From positions 640,001 through 704,000 of the forward strand of contig CAWBZV010000002.1 of the NCBI GenBank assembly GCA_963793305.1: a stretch of 64,000 nt of DNA. The letters run 5' to 3'. The notes beneath the pieces are model-generated. The model had not been told where the DNA came from. It made no database searches and was given only the letters and a program-made list of their open reading frames with translations. Made by a program: the position numbers and the translations under genes. Of the stretch, positions 48,383 through 58,237 are shown one piece after another. Positions within the stretch are counted from its first letter, which is position 1, and each line of letters starts with the position of its first letter. This DNA is from an uncultured Gemmatimonadales bacterium. GTDB lineage: Bacteria > Gemmatimonadota > Gemmatimonadetes > Gemmatimonadales > Gemmatimonadaceae.

Positions 48383-50133
48383 CGACGACCGCGCGAACCA
48401 CGGACCCGGGCATCACGGGCCCGTTTAGAACGACAACCGAGCTGCCGCCCCATCTGACGGGTTGGCAGTTGCCGCCTGGCTGGAAATGGGGCGCGCACGG
48501 CGTCCTGGGCGCCTACCGCCATTCGCAGGAGATCGTCGACGCCCTGGGGCGATCGCTGGCGCTCGTGACGGCGCCGCAGCCCGAGCACGCGCCGTGGCTC
48601 GCGACAGAAGCGCAGCGGCTCGCGCACCGGAACCACCCGGCGGTCCCCACGACGTATCACTATTGGTCTGCGCCGGTGGAAGGCTTCGCCCGTCGGGGCC
48701 CGGGCTACCTGAGGCGGTGGATCGAGGGCGAGACCCTTGGCGCTCGCACGCAGCGTGTCGGCGCGGCCGACCTCCCGTTCGTGCTGCACACGCTGCGCGG
48801 CGCCGGATCCGCGTTGGCCTATCTGCACGACTCCGGCGAGGCGCACGGCGCGATCTCGCCGTTCAATATCTGGATCGGGCCTACGGGCCGGCTGTGGTTT
48901 CTGGCGTGGCAGTGGGCAGTGCCGCGCGATGCCGTGCCGGCCGGGCTCGAGCCCGATCGGAAGTTCCATCCGCCGCCTCCGGAATGGCGCAACAATGGCT
49001 GGGCGCCAGACGCGCGATCGGATCAGTGGCAGCTCGCCGCGGTGATCTTCCTGCTGCTCACCGGCGAGCCCGTTCCCAGTGATGACATCCCGCCGGTGCG
49101 CTGGGTCAGGCCCGAAGTTCCGCAGTCACTGGCCACGGCGCTCGATCGCGCGCTCAATCCAGTGCCCGACGACCGGCATCGGTCGGTGAGTGCGCTGCTG
49201 CGAGCATTGGACCGTACGGCGCCGACACGGACATTCGTGGGCGGCGTCGACGACGAGCAGCGTATAGCGCCCGAGGGGACGGAAGCGCGCCTCCGGTGGG
49301 CCCTGGCCGACGACTACGAAGTGTTGGCGCCGCTCGGTCAAGGCACGTTCGGTACCGTGTGGCGGGTGCGCGATCTCGCGTTGCAGCGCGAAGTGGCGCT
49401 CAAGATGCTGCATACACAGGTGGCCAAGGACGCGATCGCGGTTGGTCGATTCCGTCGCGAGGCACAACTGGCGGCGCAACTCGCGCATCCCGCGATCGTG
49501 CCGATCTACGACTGGGATCAGCGCGGCGATGTCGCGTGGTACACGATGGAGCTCGCTGAGGGCGGCTCGATCTCCAATCTCGTCGCGCGCGGCGGTCCTC
49601 GACCGCTGGCCGAGATCGCGCCGCAGGTCGACTCGATTCTCGATGGGCTGAGTGCGGCGCACGCGATCGGAATCATCCACCGGGATCTCAAGCCCGAGAA
49701 CGTCCTCATTGATCGATACCGACGCTGGCGGTTGAGCGATTTCGGTATCGCTCAGATTCCCGGCGAGGACGTTGGGGGGTCCACAGGTACGCCAGCGTTT
49801 GCCGCGCCCGAGCAGCTGCTTGGTGAGCCGCAGGGGCCGTCCGTGGACTGTTTCGCGGTAGCCGGGATCGTCGCGTTCGTGCTGACCGGCCGGCCGCCGT
49901 TTGGCGACGGCGATGCCCGGACAATCCTGGCCCAGCAGTTAGCGGGTGAACTGTCATTGGCGGCATTCGACCCCGGCGTGGCGGAGTGGCTCGCCAAGGG
50001 GCTAAGCGCCGATCCGGCAGGCCGGTTTCCTGATGCGGCTGCCATGAAGCGCGCGTGGCGGGCGGCGACAGCCGGCAGGGCTCTGCCAGAGCGGAGGAGC
50101 TGGTGGAGGCGTCTGGCGCTAGGCGGTAAATAG
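48379..50133 (+). CDS. Tandem kinase: N-terminal degenerate kinase domain + C-terminal Ser/Thr kinase
   Basis: N-domain HGAISPFN, PPE, SDQWQLA; C-domain GQGTFG, VALK, HRDLKPEN, DFG, APE; GTGA overlap with the histidine kinase. Confidence 0.9.
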   Translation: MTTTARTTDPGITGPFRTTTELPPHLTGWQLPPGWKWGAHGVLGAYRHSQEIVDALGRSLALVTAPQPEHAPWLATEAQRLAHRNHPAVPTTYHYWSAPVEGFARRGPGYLRRWIEGETLGARTQRVGAADLPFVLHTLRGAGSALAYLHDSGEAHGAISPFNIWIGPTGRLWFLAWQWAVPRDAVPAGLEPDRKFHPPPPEWRNNGWAPDARSDQWQLAAVIFLLLTGEPVPSDDIPPVRWVRPEVPQSLATALDRALNPVPDDRHRSVSALLRALDRTAPTRTFVGGVDDEQRIAPEGTEARLRWALADDYEVLAPLGQGTFGTVWRVRDLALQREVALKMLHTQVAKDAIAVGRFRREAQLAAQLAHPAIVPIYDWDQRGDVAWYTMELAEGGSISNLVARGGPRPLAEIAPQVDSILDGLSAAHAIGIIHRDLKPENVLIDRYRRWRLSDFGIAQIPGEDVGGSTGTPAFAAPEQLLGEPQGPSVDCFAVAGIVAFVLTGRPPFGDGDARTILAQQLAGELSLAAFDPGVAEWLAKGLSADPAGRFPDAAAMKRAWRAATAGRALPERRSWWRRLALGGK

Positions 50134-50149
50134 ATGTAGCGTGTCGGCT

Positions 50150-50680
50150 ATGAGAGCGCCGTTCGTCATTATCGCGGGCGCGTTGGCGCTCGCCTGTGCC
50201 ACTGTGGGTCCGTCCCCCCAGCGTCAGGGGGAGCTCCGTGATGTCGTACGGACGGATAACGGCCAGATGTACCGGACGACCCCTGACTACGCCATCGATG
50301 GGGCCCTTCCGAAGCCAGTCGACGAGGCATTCGCGGCCATGCTGCTGGCGTATCAAAAGCTCGGGATCGAGGCGACGACGAACGACCCGAGCGGCCACAA
50401 CGTAGGCAATATGCAGGTGCAGGCCGTCCATCGATTCAACGGCGAGGATCTCTCCCGCTACTTCGAGTGCGGCCGCGACGCATTACAAACGCCGCGCGCA
50501 GACCGGTATCGCATCACGTTTGCGGTGGTCTCGACGCTCACGGCGGATGGACCAACGGCGACCAAGATCTCGACATTGGTGACGGCACGGGGTACTGATC
50601 CAGGTGGCGGGACAGACGTATACTGCTCGACCACCGGGCATTTGGAAAACGAGATCGTGAAAACAGCGAAACAACAATGA
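50150..50680 (+). CDS. Hypothetical lipoprotein (paralogue 1)
   Basis: Lipobox LAC; LSRYFECG, VYCSTTGHLE. Confidence 0.8.
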   Translation: MRAPFVIIAGALALACATVGPSPQRQGELRDVVRTDNGQMYRTTPDYAIDGALPKPVDEAFAAMLLAYQKLGIEATTNDPSGHNVGNMQVQAVHRFNGEDLSRYFECGRDALQTPRADRYRITFAVVSTLTADGPTATKISTLVTARGTDPGGGTDVYCSTTGHLENEIVKTAKQQ

Positions 50681-51243
50681 TGCGATTGATGGTCGGCGCG
50701 GCGGTGGCGTTCGCTGCTTGGGGATGCGCGAGCGGAGGAGGGGCAGCGCCGCCCGAGGGTGGGCTCCGGGATGTGGTTGAAGTGGGTGCGGGCAACAACG
50801 GACGCGATGGCTCGCACATCGCCTACAACACCGCCGACCTGGGTGAACAGGCCGTGCTGCCCGCGCCGATCGACTCGGCGTACGCGTCCATCCTCATGTC
50901 CTATCAGAGTCTCGGGCTAGAAATCAAGACGAGCGATCCGGCCCAGCACGTGTTGGGGAATCGCCACATTGTCGTGATGCGCACGTGGCTCGGCTCGCGC
51001 CTCTCGACGTTTTTCAATTGCGGCAACGACCCGGCGCTTGGGACGCCTCGCGCCGACTCGTATCAGTTGGTCATCTCCGTCGTGTCGACGTTGAACGCGA
51101 AGGACGCGAATAGCTCGACCATTACGACGCTGGCCACGGCGCAGGCCAACGATCTCGCGACCAGCGCGTCGTCGGTCTATTGCTCGAGCACCGGAAAGCT
51201 GGAGCGGACTCTTCTCAAGGCCGCGGGATTCCAGCAGCATTGA
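50677..51243 (+). CDS. Hypothetical lipoprotein (paralogue 2)
   Basis: Lipobox WGC; LSTFFNCG, VYCSSTGKLE; ATGA overlap. Confidence 0.8.
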   Translation: MMRLMVGAAVAFAAWGCASGGGAAPPEGGLRDVVEVGAGNNGRDGSHIAYNTADLGEQAVLPAPIDSAYASILMSYQSLGLEIKTSDPAQHVLGNRHIVVMRTWLGSRLSTFFNCGNDPALGTPRADSYQLVISVVSTLNAKDANSSTITTLATAQANDLATSASSVYCSSTGKLERTLLKAAGFQQH

Positions 51244-52196
51244 TCGGCCGTTGGTTCGCGTGGGTGTTCGTGCCGGCGTTGGCCGCGGCACAAGACAGCG
51301 TGCCCCCCGCTCCGGTGCATGCCCATCGGCCGCACCATCAGCGCGCGGCGGCGGCAGCTGATAGCGCTCTGCGCGACAGCGTCCTGCGCACGCGTTGGTC
51401 TGCCCTTGCCGCCGAGCCGGTACCGGCCACAGCGCTCCTCCCATCGCATCGGATCGTCGCGTTCTATGGCAACCCAATGTCGAAGCGCATGGGCGTACTC
51501 GGCGCGTACCCCGTCGACACCATGCTCGCCCACCTCGACGAGAAAGTCGCCGAATGGCAGAGCGCCGATTCGGCCACGCCGGTGATTCCGGCGTTGCACT
51601 TGATCGCGGTGGTCGCGCAGGGTGGGCCAGGCGGGGACGGGAAGTACCGCGCCAGAATGCCGGACACGCTCGTCGAGCGCGTGTACTCGTGGGCGGCGCG
51701 GCGCAATGCACTCGTGTTTCTCGATATCCAACCTGGCAAGAGCACCGTCGAGGCCGAGCTCCCGCGGTTGGCGCCATTTCTCTCGCGGCCGAACGTGCAT
51801 CTGGCGCTCGACCCCGAGTTCGCCATGTCGAAAGGCGGCTTACCGGGCAAGCGTATTGGAACGATCAATGCGGCTGACGTGAACTACGCGATCAAGTTTC
51901 TGTCGGGTCTCATCGGGGACTCGCTCCCGCCGAAGATCTTGGTCATTCACCGATTTCGACGCCCGATGTTGACGCATGCGGACCAGATCGTGCTCGATCC
52001 CAAGGTGCAAATCGTGATCGACATGGACGGATTCGGCACACCGTCCATCAAATTTGGTTCCTATCGCAAATACGTTTATGCGTCGCCGGTCCAATTCACG
52101 GGCTGGAAGCAGTTCTTCCGGCAAGATGTTCCCCACACGGCCGTTGCGGATATTCTGAAACTCACGCCGGTTCCGGTGTATATCCAATACCAGTAA
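51240..52196 (+). CDS. Conserved secreted hypothetical protein (possible TIM-barrel hydrolase-like fold)
   Basis: Signal peptide ending AAA-QD; IVAFYGNP, FLDIQPG, VHLALDPEF, IDMDGFG. Confidence 0.75.
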   Translation: MIGRWFAWVFVPALAAAQDSVPPAPVHAHRPHHQRAAAAADSALRDSVLRTRWSALAAEPVPATALLPSHRIVAFYGNPMSKRMGVLGAYPVDTMLAHLDEKVAEWQSADSATPVIPALHLIAVVAQGGPGGDGKYRARMPDTLVERVYSWAARRNALVFLDIQPGKSTVEAELPRLAPFLSRPNVHLALDPEFAMSKGGLPGKRIGTINAADVNYAIKFLSGLIGDSLPPKILVIHRFRRPMLTHADQIVLDPKVQIVIDMDGFGTPSIKFGSYRKYVYASPVQFTGWKQFFRQDVPHTAVADILKLTPVPVYIQYQ

Positions 52197-52233
52197 GGGC
52201 CAACGATTTGGAGCGCCGAGGGGTATATCTGTT

Positions 52234-52830
52234 GTGAAGCTGAAACCCATTACCAGTCCAACTAGCCCGCGGCCAGACCCTCTCGATGAGCGAGCCCTCC
52301 TCGAGCTCGTCCGGCAGCGCGACGCGAGCGCATTCGACGAGCTCGTGCGGCGCTATCTCCGCCGCGCCTTCGCCGTTGCCTACCACGTCATGCACCATCG
52401 TGAGGACGCCGAAGACTTGGTGCAGGAGACGTTCATTACGGTGCTGGAGCAGATCGACCGGTTCGACGCCGAGCGCGCGTTCGCGCCGTGGTTCTTCCGG
52501 ATTCTCGTCAATCGCGGTCTCAATGCCCGGAAGTCGCGCACGGTGCGCCAGACCGAGCAGGTGCCGGCGGACGCGGCGGGTGGTGAAGGCCCACCAGACG
52601 GTGTGGCCGAGCGTCGCGAGCTCGCCGAGCGGGTGCGGGCAGCGGTCGATCAGTTACCGGAGCGGCAGCGTTTGATTTTGCGCCTCTCCGAGCTCGAAGG
52701 GTTCACGAGCGTCGAGATCGCCGACATCCTCGACCTCTCGCAGGGGACCGTCCGTTGGTATCTCCACGAGGCGCGGAACGCGCTCCGCATCACGTTGGCC
52801 CCGCTCGCCCGCGAGGTGCGCAATGGATGA
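52234..52830 (+). CDS. ECF RNA polymerase sigma factor
   Basis: DAEDLVQETF, FAPWFFRI, LPERQR, EIADIL..SQGTVRWYLHEAR. Confidence 0.93.
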   Translation: MKLKPITSPTSPRPDPLDERALLELVRQRDASAFDELVRRYLRRAFAVAYHVMHHREDAEDLVQETFITVLEQIDRFDAERAFAPWFFRILVNRGLNARKSRTVRQTEQVPADAAGGEGPPDGVAERRELAERVRAAVDQLPERQRLILRLSELEGFTSVEIADILDLSQGTVRWYLHEARNALRITLAPLAREVRNG

Positions 52831-53227
52831 CCGCCGGCGAGTGCGCGCGGCATTGCGCGCCGTCTACGGCGCTCCGCCCGCCGAGTCGATCGACTGGTGG
52901 TCGCTGCGGAGTCGCATCCTCGACGCGGCCGGGCTCAACGGTCGTGCGCGCAAGCGCTCGCTGTGGGATCGCACCCTGTGGCGGCGCGCGCTGATCCCGG
53001 TGACGTTCGCGGCGACCATCGTGATGGCGCTGGCGATCGCGGGTACGCGCTCTGATGTCGCCTCCAGCCTCGCATCCAGTATCGCGTCGACGGCCGCGGA
53101 TTCGACCGAGGTCACCGCGTGGTTACGCGCGGCGAGCGCCGGCGGCGCGGTGCCGCAGCGCGAGCTCGATCCGTTGCCCAATGCATCCTCGTGGCTCGGC
53201 GCGGCATTGACCTCGACATCTGACTGA
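52823..53227 (+). CDS. Putative single-TM anti-sigma factor
   Basis: Overlaps the sigma stop; basic N-terminus, one TM helix, short outer tail. Confidence 0.6.
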   Translation: MDDRRRVRAALRAVYGAPPAESIDWWSLRSRILDAAGLNGRARKRSLWDRTLWRRALIPVTFAATIVMALAIAGTRSDVASSLASSIASTAADSTEVTAWLRAASAGGAVPQRELDPLPNASSWLGAALTSTSD

Positions 53228-53232
53228 GTGCG

Positions 53233-53664
53233 ATGCGTATTCCGGTGTGGTTTGTGGCCGCCACGGTCATCGTGATGTCGCTGTTGACGGGCGTCATCGT
53301 CGGCGTTGCCGTTGACCGACGCGTGCTGGGGCACCGAGTCGGCGGAGGCCCATTCTTCCTCTCGTCGCGATTCGGCGGACATCATCAGGGCATTATTCCG
53401 GGCCATCTCGAGCAGGAGCTCGGCCTGTCGCCTGCGCAGAGCACCGCGGTCGATTCCATCATGCGCCATCGGATGGCGCAGCGCGATTCCTTGATGGCGC
53501 ATACGTGGCCCGTGATGCGCCAACTGCTCGACTCCACGCGCTCCGACATCGAGAAGGTCTTGACCCCGGAGCAGAAGGCCAAGTTCGAGCAGCTGCGTTC
53601 GCGCGAGCCGGGCGGACCGCCGGGCATCATGCTCCGGCACGGCGACGGCCCGCCACCGCCCTAG
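53233..53664 (+). CDS. Spy/CpxP-like periplasmic helical protein
   Basis: TM anchor; LGLSPAQ and VLTPEQK (LTxxQ motifs); His/Met/Gly/Pro-rich. Confidence 0.75.
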   Translation: MRIPVWFVAATVIVMSLLTGVIVGVAVDRRVLGHRVGGGPFFLSSRFGGHHQGIIPGHLEQELGLSPAQSTAVDSIMRHRMAQRDSLMAHTWPVMRQLLDSTRSDIEKVLTPEQKAKFEQLRSREPGGPPGIMLRHGDGPPPP

Positions 53665-56004
53665 GCGGCGCGCAAGACTTCCAATGGCTCGGCGCGCGTC
53701 GCCGCGAGCGCGGGCCCGAGCGCGGCGAGAAGGCCAACAGCAATGAGCACGCATTCGGCTACGACGAGAACGCCCGCGTCCGTTGGCGCAACGTCATAGA
53801 GCCACGCTTGCAGGAGCTTCATGCCGTACAGCGATGCGAGCGCGCCGCTTGCCGTGCCGGCGAGCACCATCACGGTTGCGTCGTGGAGCACCCGCCGCAC
53901 GATCGCATATGGCGAGGCGCCTAGCGCGATACGAATCGCAAACTCGCGACGGCGCTGTCCTACGATGTAGGCGATAATCGAGTACACGCCGAAGGCGGTG
54001 AGGAAGAGGGCGAGGCCGCTCAGCGCGGCGAACAAACTGGCGAGGCGCTCATGTTCTCCCACCCAATCGCGGAAGTACGCCGACCAAGCCTCGACGTGTC
54101 CATTCGTATTCGGGAGAACGGTCACGATCGACCGGTGCACCGCCAATGCCGTGGCTACCGGATTTCCGGTGACGCGGACAATAAGCTCCCGGAAGCGCGT
54201 GTTCGCCCGGCGCGAGACAGCGAAGATTGCGGGATCGAGTGTCTCGTCGGGATCGCGCGAGAAGTTGAGCGTCGCATCGCGGGCGATTCCAACGACGGGG
54301 AGCCACGTCGCTCCCGACTCCTGGCCGCCGAAACGGACAAACCCGCCGACTGCGCCACCGTGTGGAAACAGTACCCGACCGGCTCGTCGGGAGACGATAA
54401 CGGCTCCGTCGCTGGCGGCATCGCCGATCAGAAAATCCCGGCCTTCGATCACCGGAATGCCGAGGGTACGAAGCGCGTTCGGGTCACCGGCGTAGTAGGT
54501 GCGCCAGGTCACACTGCGCGTGCCGTCGCTGGTCGAAATCGACTGAATGACGCCGTTCTCCGATTGCAAGTAGCCGATCATCGTCGCCGCGCCGACGCCT
54601 GGCGACGCGCCGACGCGGTCGAGCACGTCGTCCGCGTGCCGTGTCCGCGCGGCGGTATCGCGGCCCAGATCCATCCAGCCTGACAGCAGTCGATCGGTGT
54701 CGAATCCAAACCGATAGCTGGCGACATGCCGCATCGCGTCGAGGAGCAGGCCCGTCGCCATCAACAGAGTCATCGTGAGCGCCACCGCCGCGATCGCGGT
54801 CGCGCTGAATCGGGGCGTGCGGGCGCTCGTGGTGGCGCTTCCATTCTTGAGCGGGTCAGCGACGATGACTCGCGTCGCCCGCCACGCCGGGATGAGACCC
54901 GCCGCGATGGCGCTCGCGGCGGCCGCTAACGCGGTAAGGATTACGACGTGCCACGTCAGATGTGGCGGAAGAGAGCCAAGGGAGATGTCACCCGACGGAA
55001 GCAACCCCACGGCGAGGCGCGTGCCCCACTCTGCGAGGCCGAGCCCGGCAATTCCACCGACCAACACGAGAGCACCCGTCTCGGCCAGCTGGAGGCGAAG
55101 GAGCATCGCCGGCGTGGCCCCGAGCGCCAAGCGAAGCGCATATTCGCGCTCGCGCGACATGCTCCGCACGAGCGTGAGGGTCGCAACGTTCGCGCACGCG
55201 ATGAGCAGGACGACAAATCCCGCGGCCGCCAAGATGACGTGAGCAGTTCTGATCGAACGGGCGGGCTGGGCGAACAGCTGCAGCGAGTAGGAGAATTCAT
55301 GCTGACCGGTACCGAACCGCTCCTCGAGCCGCGAGGTCAGTAGTCTGAGCTCCGCGTTTGCTTTCGCGACATCGAATCCGTGTTTGACGCGCAGGACGGG
55401 CATGAGGCGGGACGCCCAGGGCTGGGTCGACTCGGCACCCGGACGAAGCGGAAGCCAGACGTTCCGGACCCGTGACGGCTGCCGGAAGCACCCCAACAAC
55501 GGTGTAGACCCGATCGTCCACCGTGATCGCCGCGGCGCGCAACACACCGCGGCCGGCGAACATTCGTTGCCACAGTCTGTTACTGACGACGACCGTGCCC
55601 TCATCGCTCGCCGGATTGCCGGTCAAGACCCGACCCAATTCCGGTGTCACGTCCAAAACCTGGAAAAACCCAGGGGTCACGTGCGCCACCCAATCCGATT
55701 CCCCTTGTCCGCCACTCTGCACGAACTCGTCGTCCCAGGCGACGGCCGCAATGCCGCTATAAAAGTCCGCGCCGTCCTTGAGTGTCTCGTACTTGTCGGC
55801 AGCGGTCGCGCGGCCGCCCTCGCCGTCTCCCCACTGCGTGACCCGCATGAGGCGGTCCGAGTGAGGATATGGGCTGTGCGGGTACAGCACCGAGTCGATG
55901 ACCGCGAACGTGGCGGCGGCGAACCCGAGAGAGATCGCCAGCGACAGCGCGCACAGCGCGGAGAATCCCGGGGTTCGCCGAAGGGACCGGAGTGTCGCGA
56001 CCAT
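53661..56004 (-). pseudogene. Duplicated (ADOP-type) ABC permease with a +1 frameshift near 55462 (probably a sequence error)
   Basis: LRRTPGF, VVGVLP|VWLPL, LLIACANVA, REYALRLALGA, RRREFAIRIALGA; removing one base of GACGTTC (55458-55464) gives a 781-codon frame. Confidence 0.82.
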
Positions 56005-56024
56005 GGTGTCTTATCACGGACGCA

Positions 56025-56885
56025 TCAGCCCCAGAGGGCGGCACCAGCGCTGGCGATCGTGACCAGGAAGAGGGCGACGACGGAGTGCCAGCCGAGGTGC
56101 TCGCCGAGCATCAGGAAACCGGCGACGGCGGCGATGGCCGGCTCGAGGCTCATCCAGACGCCGAACACGCGCGTGGGCAAGCGCCGTAGGGCCTCGACCT
56201 CGAGTGAGTACGGCAGGGCCGAGGAGAGGAGGCCGACGACGCAGCCGATCGCGATGGTGGCCGCTGTCCCGGCGTGAATGACGCCCGCCGCGCCAAACGG
56301 CACGAGGAGCGCCGACGCGATGGTCATCGCGACGGCCAGGGCGTCACCGCCTTCGAGCGCTCGACCCATGCGCGCGCCGACGATGATATAGGCGGCCCAA
56401 CAGACGCCGGCGCCAAGCGCGTAGGCGATCCCGATCGGGTCGACGTCGTGCGCCTCGATCGGAGAGAGGAGGAGGATCCCGATGGCCGCCAGCACGACCC
56501 ACACCAGGTCGCGGACGCGGCGCGAGCCGGCCACGGCGACGCCGAGCGGCCCGGTGAACTCCACTGTGACGGCGATCGCGAGGGGGACGCGCGCGAGAGC
56601 CGAGTAGAAGCAGAAGTTCATCACCGCGAGGATCGTCCCGAACAGCGCGACCACGCCGAGGTGGCGACGCCACTCGCCCCGCCACCGCGGTCGGGCGACC
56701 GCGAGCAGCAGCAGAGCGGCGCTCGTCACGCGCAGGAATACCGTGGCGTGTGTGCCGATGATCGGGAAGATGTCCTTGGCGAGGGCGGCGCCGATCTGCG
56801 TCGATGAGATCGAGCCCAGGACGAGCACGACTGGCGGCAGCGATCGCAAGATGCCGCCACGGGCTGGCGCGACTGTCGGTTCCAT
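56025..56885 (-). CDS. EamA/DMT transporter (RhtA-like)
   Basis: STQIGAALAK, MNFCFY, EFTGPL, SSALPYSLE, MSLEPAIA. Confidence 0.9.
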   Translation of the reverse strand: MEPTVAPARGGILRSLPPVVLVLGSISSTQIGAALAKDIFPIIGTHATVFLRVTSAALLLLAVARPRWRGEWRRHLGVVALFGTILAVMNFCFYSALARVPLAIAVTVEFTGPLGVAVAGSRRVRDLVWVVLAAIGILLLSPIEAHDVDPIGIAYALGAGVCWAAYIIVGARMGRALEGGDALAVAMTIASALLVPFGAAGVIHAGTAATIAIGCVVGLLSSALPYSLEVEALRRLPTRVFGVWMSLEPAIAAVAGFLMLGEHLGWHSVVALFLVTIASAGAALWG

Positions 56886-58117
56886 TACGTAAGTCCTCCG
56901 TGCAGCGCCGCGCGCACGGCGTCCGTGAAGGCATCGATCTCGGCGGGCGTCGTAAAGACGTTCGGGGTAACGCGAATGCCCGTGACGCCGTTGAAGGCGA
57001 TCGCCAATGTGACGATGTGGTGCCGTGTCCAGAGCCAGTGCGCGAGCGCGGCCGTGTCGAGGCCATCGATCTCGACGAGTGCGATCGCTCCGCTGCGCGG
57101 ATCGTCCAGCGGCGTCATCACGCGCACGCGCGGAGATTCGGCCGTGAGCGCTCGCACCCACCGATCCCGCAGCGCACGCAGCCGCGCCAGCTTTCGCGCG
57201 CCACCGATCGCACGGTGAAACACGAGCGCCAGGGCGATCGCGTTATGAGGCGCGGCTGGATGCGTGCCGATCTCCTCGAACTTTCGTACGTCGGCCGTCC
57301 GTTCCGCACTCGCCGCCATGAGTGGCCAGAGGTTGCCGATCTTTGCGCGCCTCACGTACAGGAAGCCCGTTCCCAGCGGTGCGAGCAGCCATTTGTGCAA
57401 ACTCGTCGCGTAATAATCGCAATCCAGTGCATCCCGCGAGACGGGCGTGTGCGCGAACGTCTGAGCGCCGTCGACAAACACGTCGATTCCCAGCGGCCGA
57501 GCGAGCGCAATGACCTCGGCGACAGGCATTGGCTGCCCGGTCCAGTTGGTCAGATGCGGCAGCTCGATGACCCGCGTCCGTGGGGTGATCGCCGCGCGAA
57601 TGGCGGTGAGGACATCCGCATCAGTCGCGGGCAGCGCGAACGAGGTGGTGCGCACGACAATCCCGTCGCGCCGCGCGCGCTGGTCCCATGCCGTCAGCAC
57701 GCGGTCATAGTTTTGCGTGGTGACAATGACCTCGTCGCCGGAGCGAAGAGGAAGGCCGGAGATAAGAATCTCCATGGCCTCCGACGCGTTCCGCGTGATC
57801 GCGATCTCCTCCGGATCGCACCCGAACTCCGCGGCCAGCTCTCGCCTGACCCCTTCCACCCGCGGCTCGAGGACGCGCCACAAATGCTGCACCGGCGCCG
57901 TATTCGAGAACCGCGTGTCGCGCAGCATGGCATCGAACACCGTCGTCGGGGCTGGGCTCAACCCGGCGCTATTCAAGTAGATGACGGATGGGTCGAGGTC
58001 GAACGCCCGGCGGATGGTATGCCAATACGCTTCCGTATCCGCGGGCGACGCCAGAACCTCGCGCAGGACGAACGGCGCGGCGGCCGCCCAGGCGACGAAT
58101 GCCCTACGACTGGCCAT
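56885..58117 (-). CDS. Class-V PLP aminotransferase-fold enzyme (isopenicillin-N-epimerase-like) with Tat-like N-terminus
   Basis: SRRAF; YLNSAG, TRNASEA, VDGAQ, SLHKWLLAP.GTG. Confidence 0.88.
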   Translation of the reverse strand: MASRRAFVAWAAAAPFVLREVLASPADTEAYWHTIRRAFDLDPSVIYLNSAGLSPAPTTVFDAMLRDTRFSNTAPVQHLWRVLEPRVEGVRRELAAEFGCDPEEIAITRNASEAMEILISGLPLRSGDEVIVTTQNYDRVLTAWDQRARRDGIVVRTTSFALPATDADVLTAIRAAITPRTRVIELPHLTNWTGQPMPVAEVIALARPLGIDVFVDGAQTFAHTPVSRDALDCDYYATSLHKWLLAPLGTGFLYVRRAKIGNLWPLMAASAERTADVRKFEEIGTHPAAPHNAIALALVFHRAIGGARKLARLRALRDRWVRALTAESPRVRVMTPLDDPRSGAIALVEIDGLDTAALAHWLWTRHHIVTLAIAFNGVTGIRVTPNVFTTPAEIDAFTDAVRAALHGGLT

Positions 58118-58237
58118 CGGTGGTCAAAGATAATGCTCAGAGCGCGGCGCAGCCGAGCAATGGGAAATAAGATGGTCGATCTGCGCGAAGCGCGGCATCG
58201 ACCCCAGCGCGGCGCAGCCGCGCGTCTAAATTACAAC

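Noticed and set aside
56804..58237. Long N-terminal extensions in the ORF track (965-aa ABC1 ORF, 1325-aa kinase, 700-aa kinase, 513-aa CinA)
   Set aside because: They overlap genuine neighbouring genes; better internal starts exist, so these are not fusions
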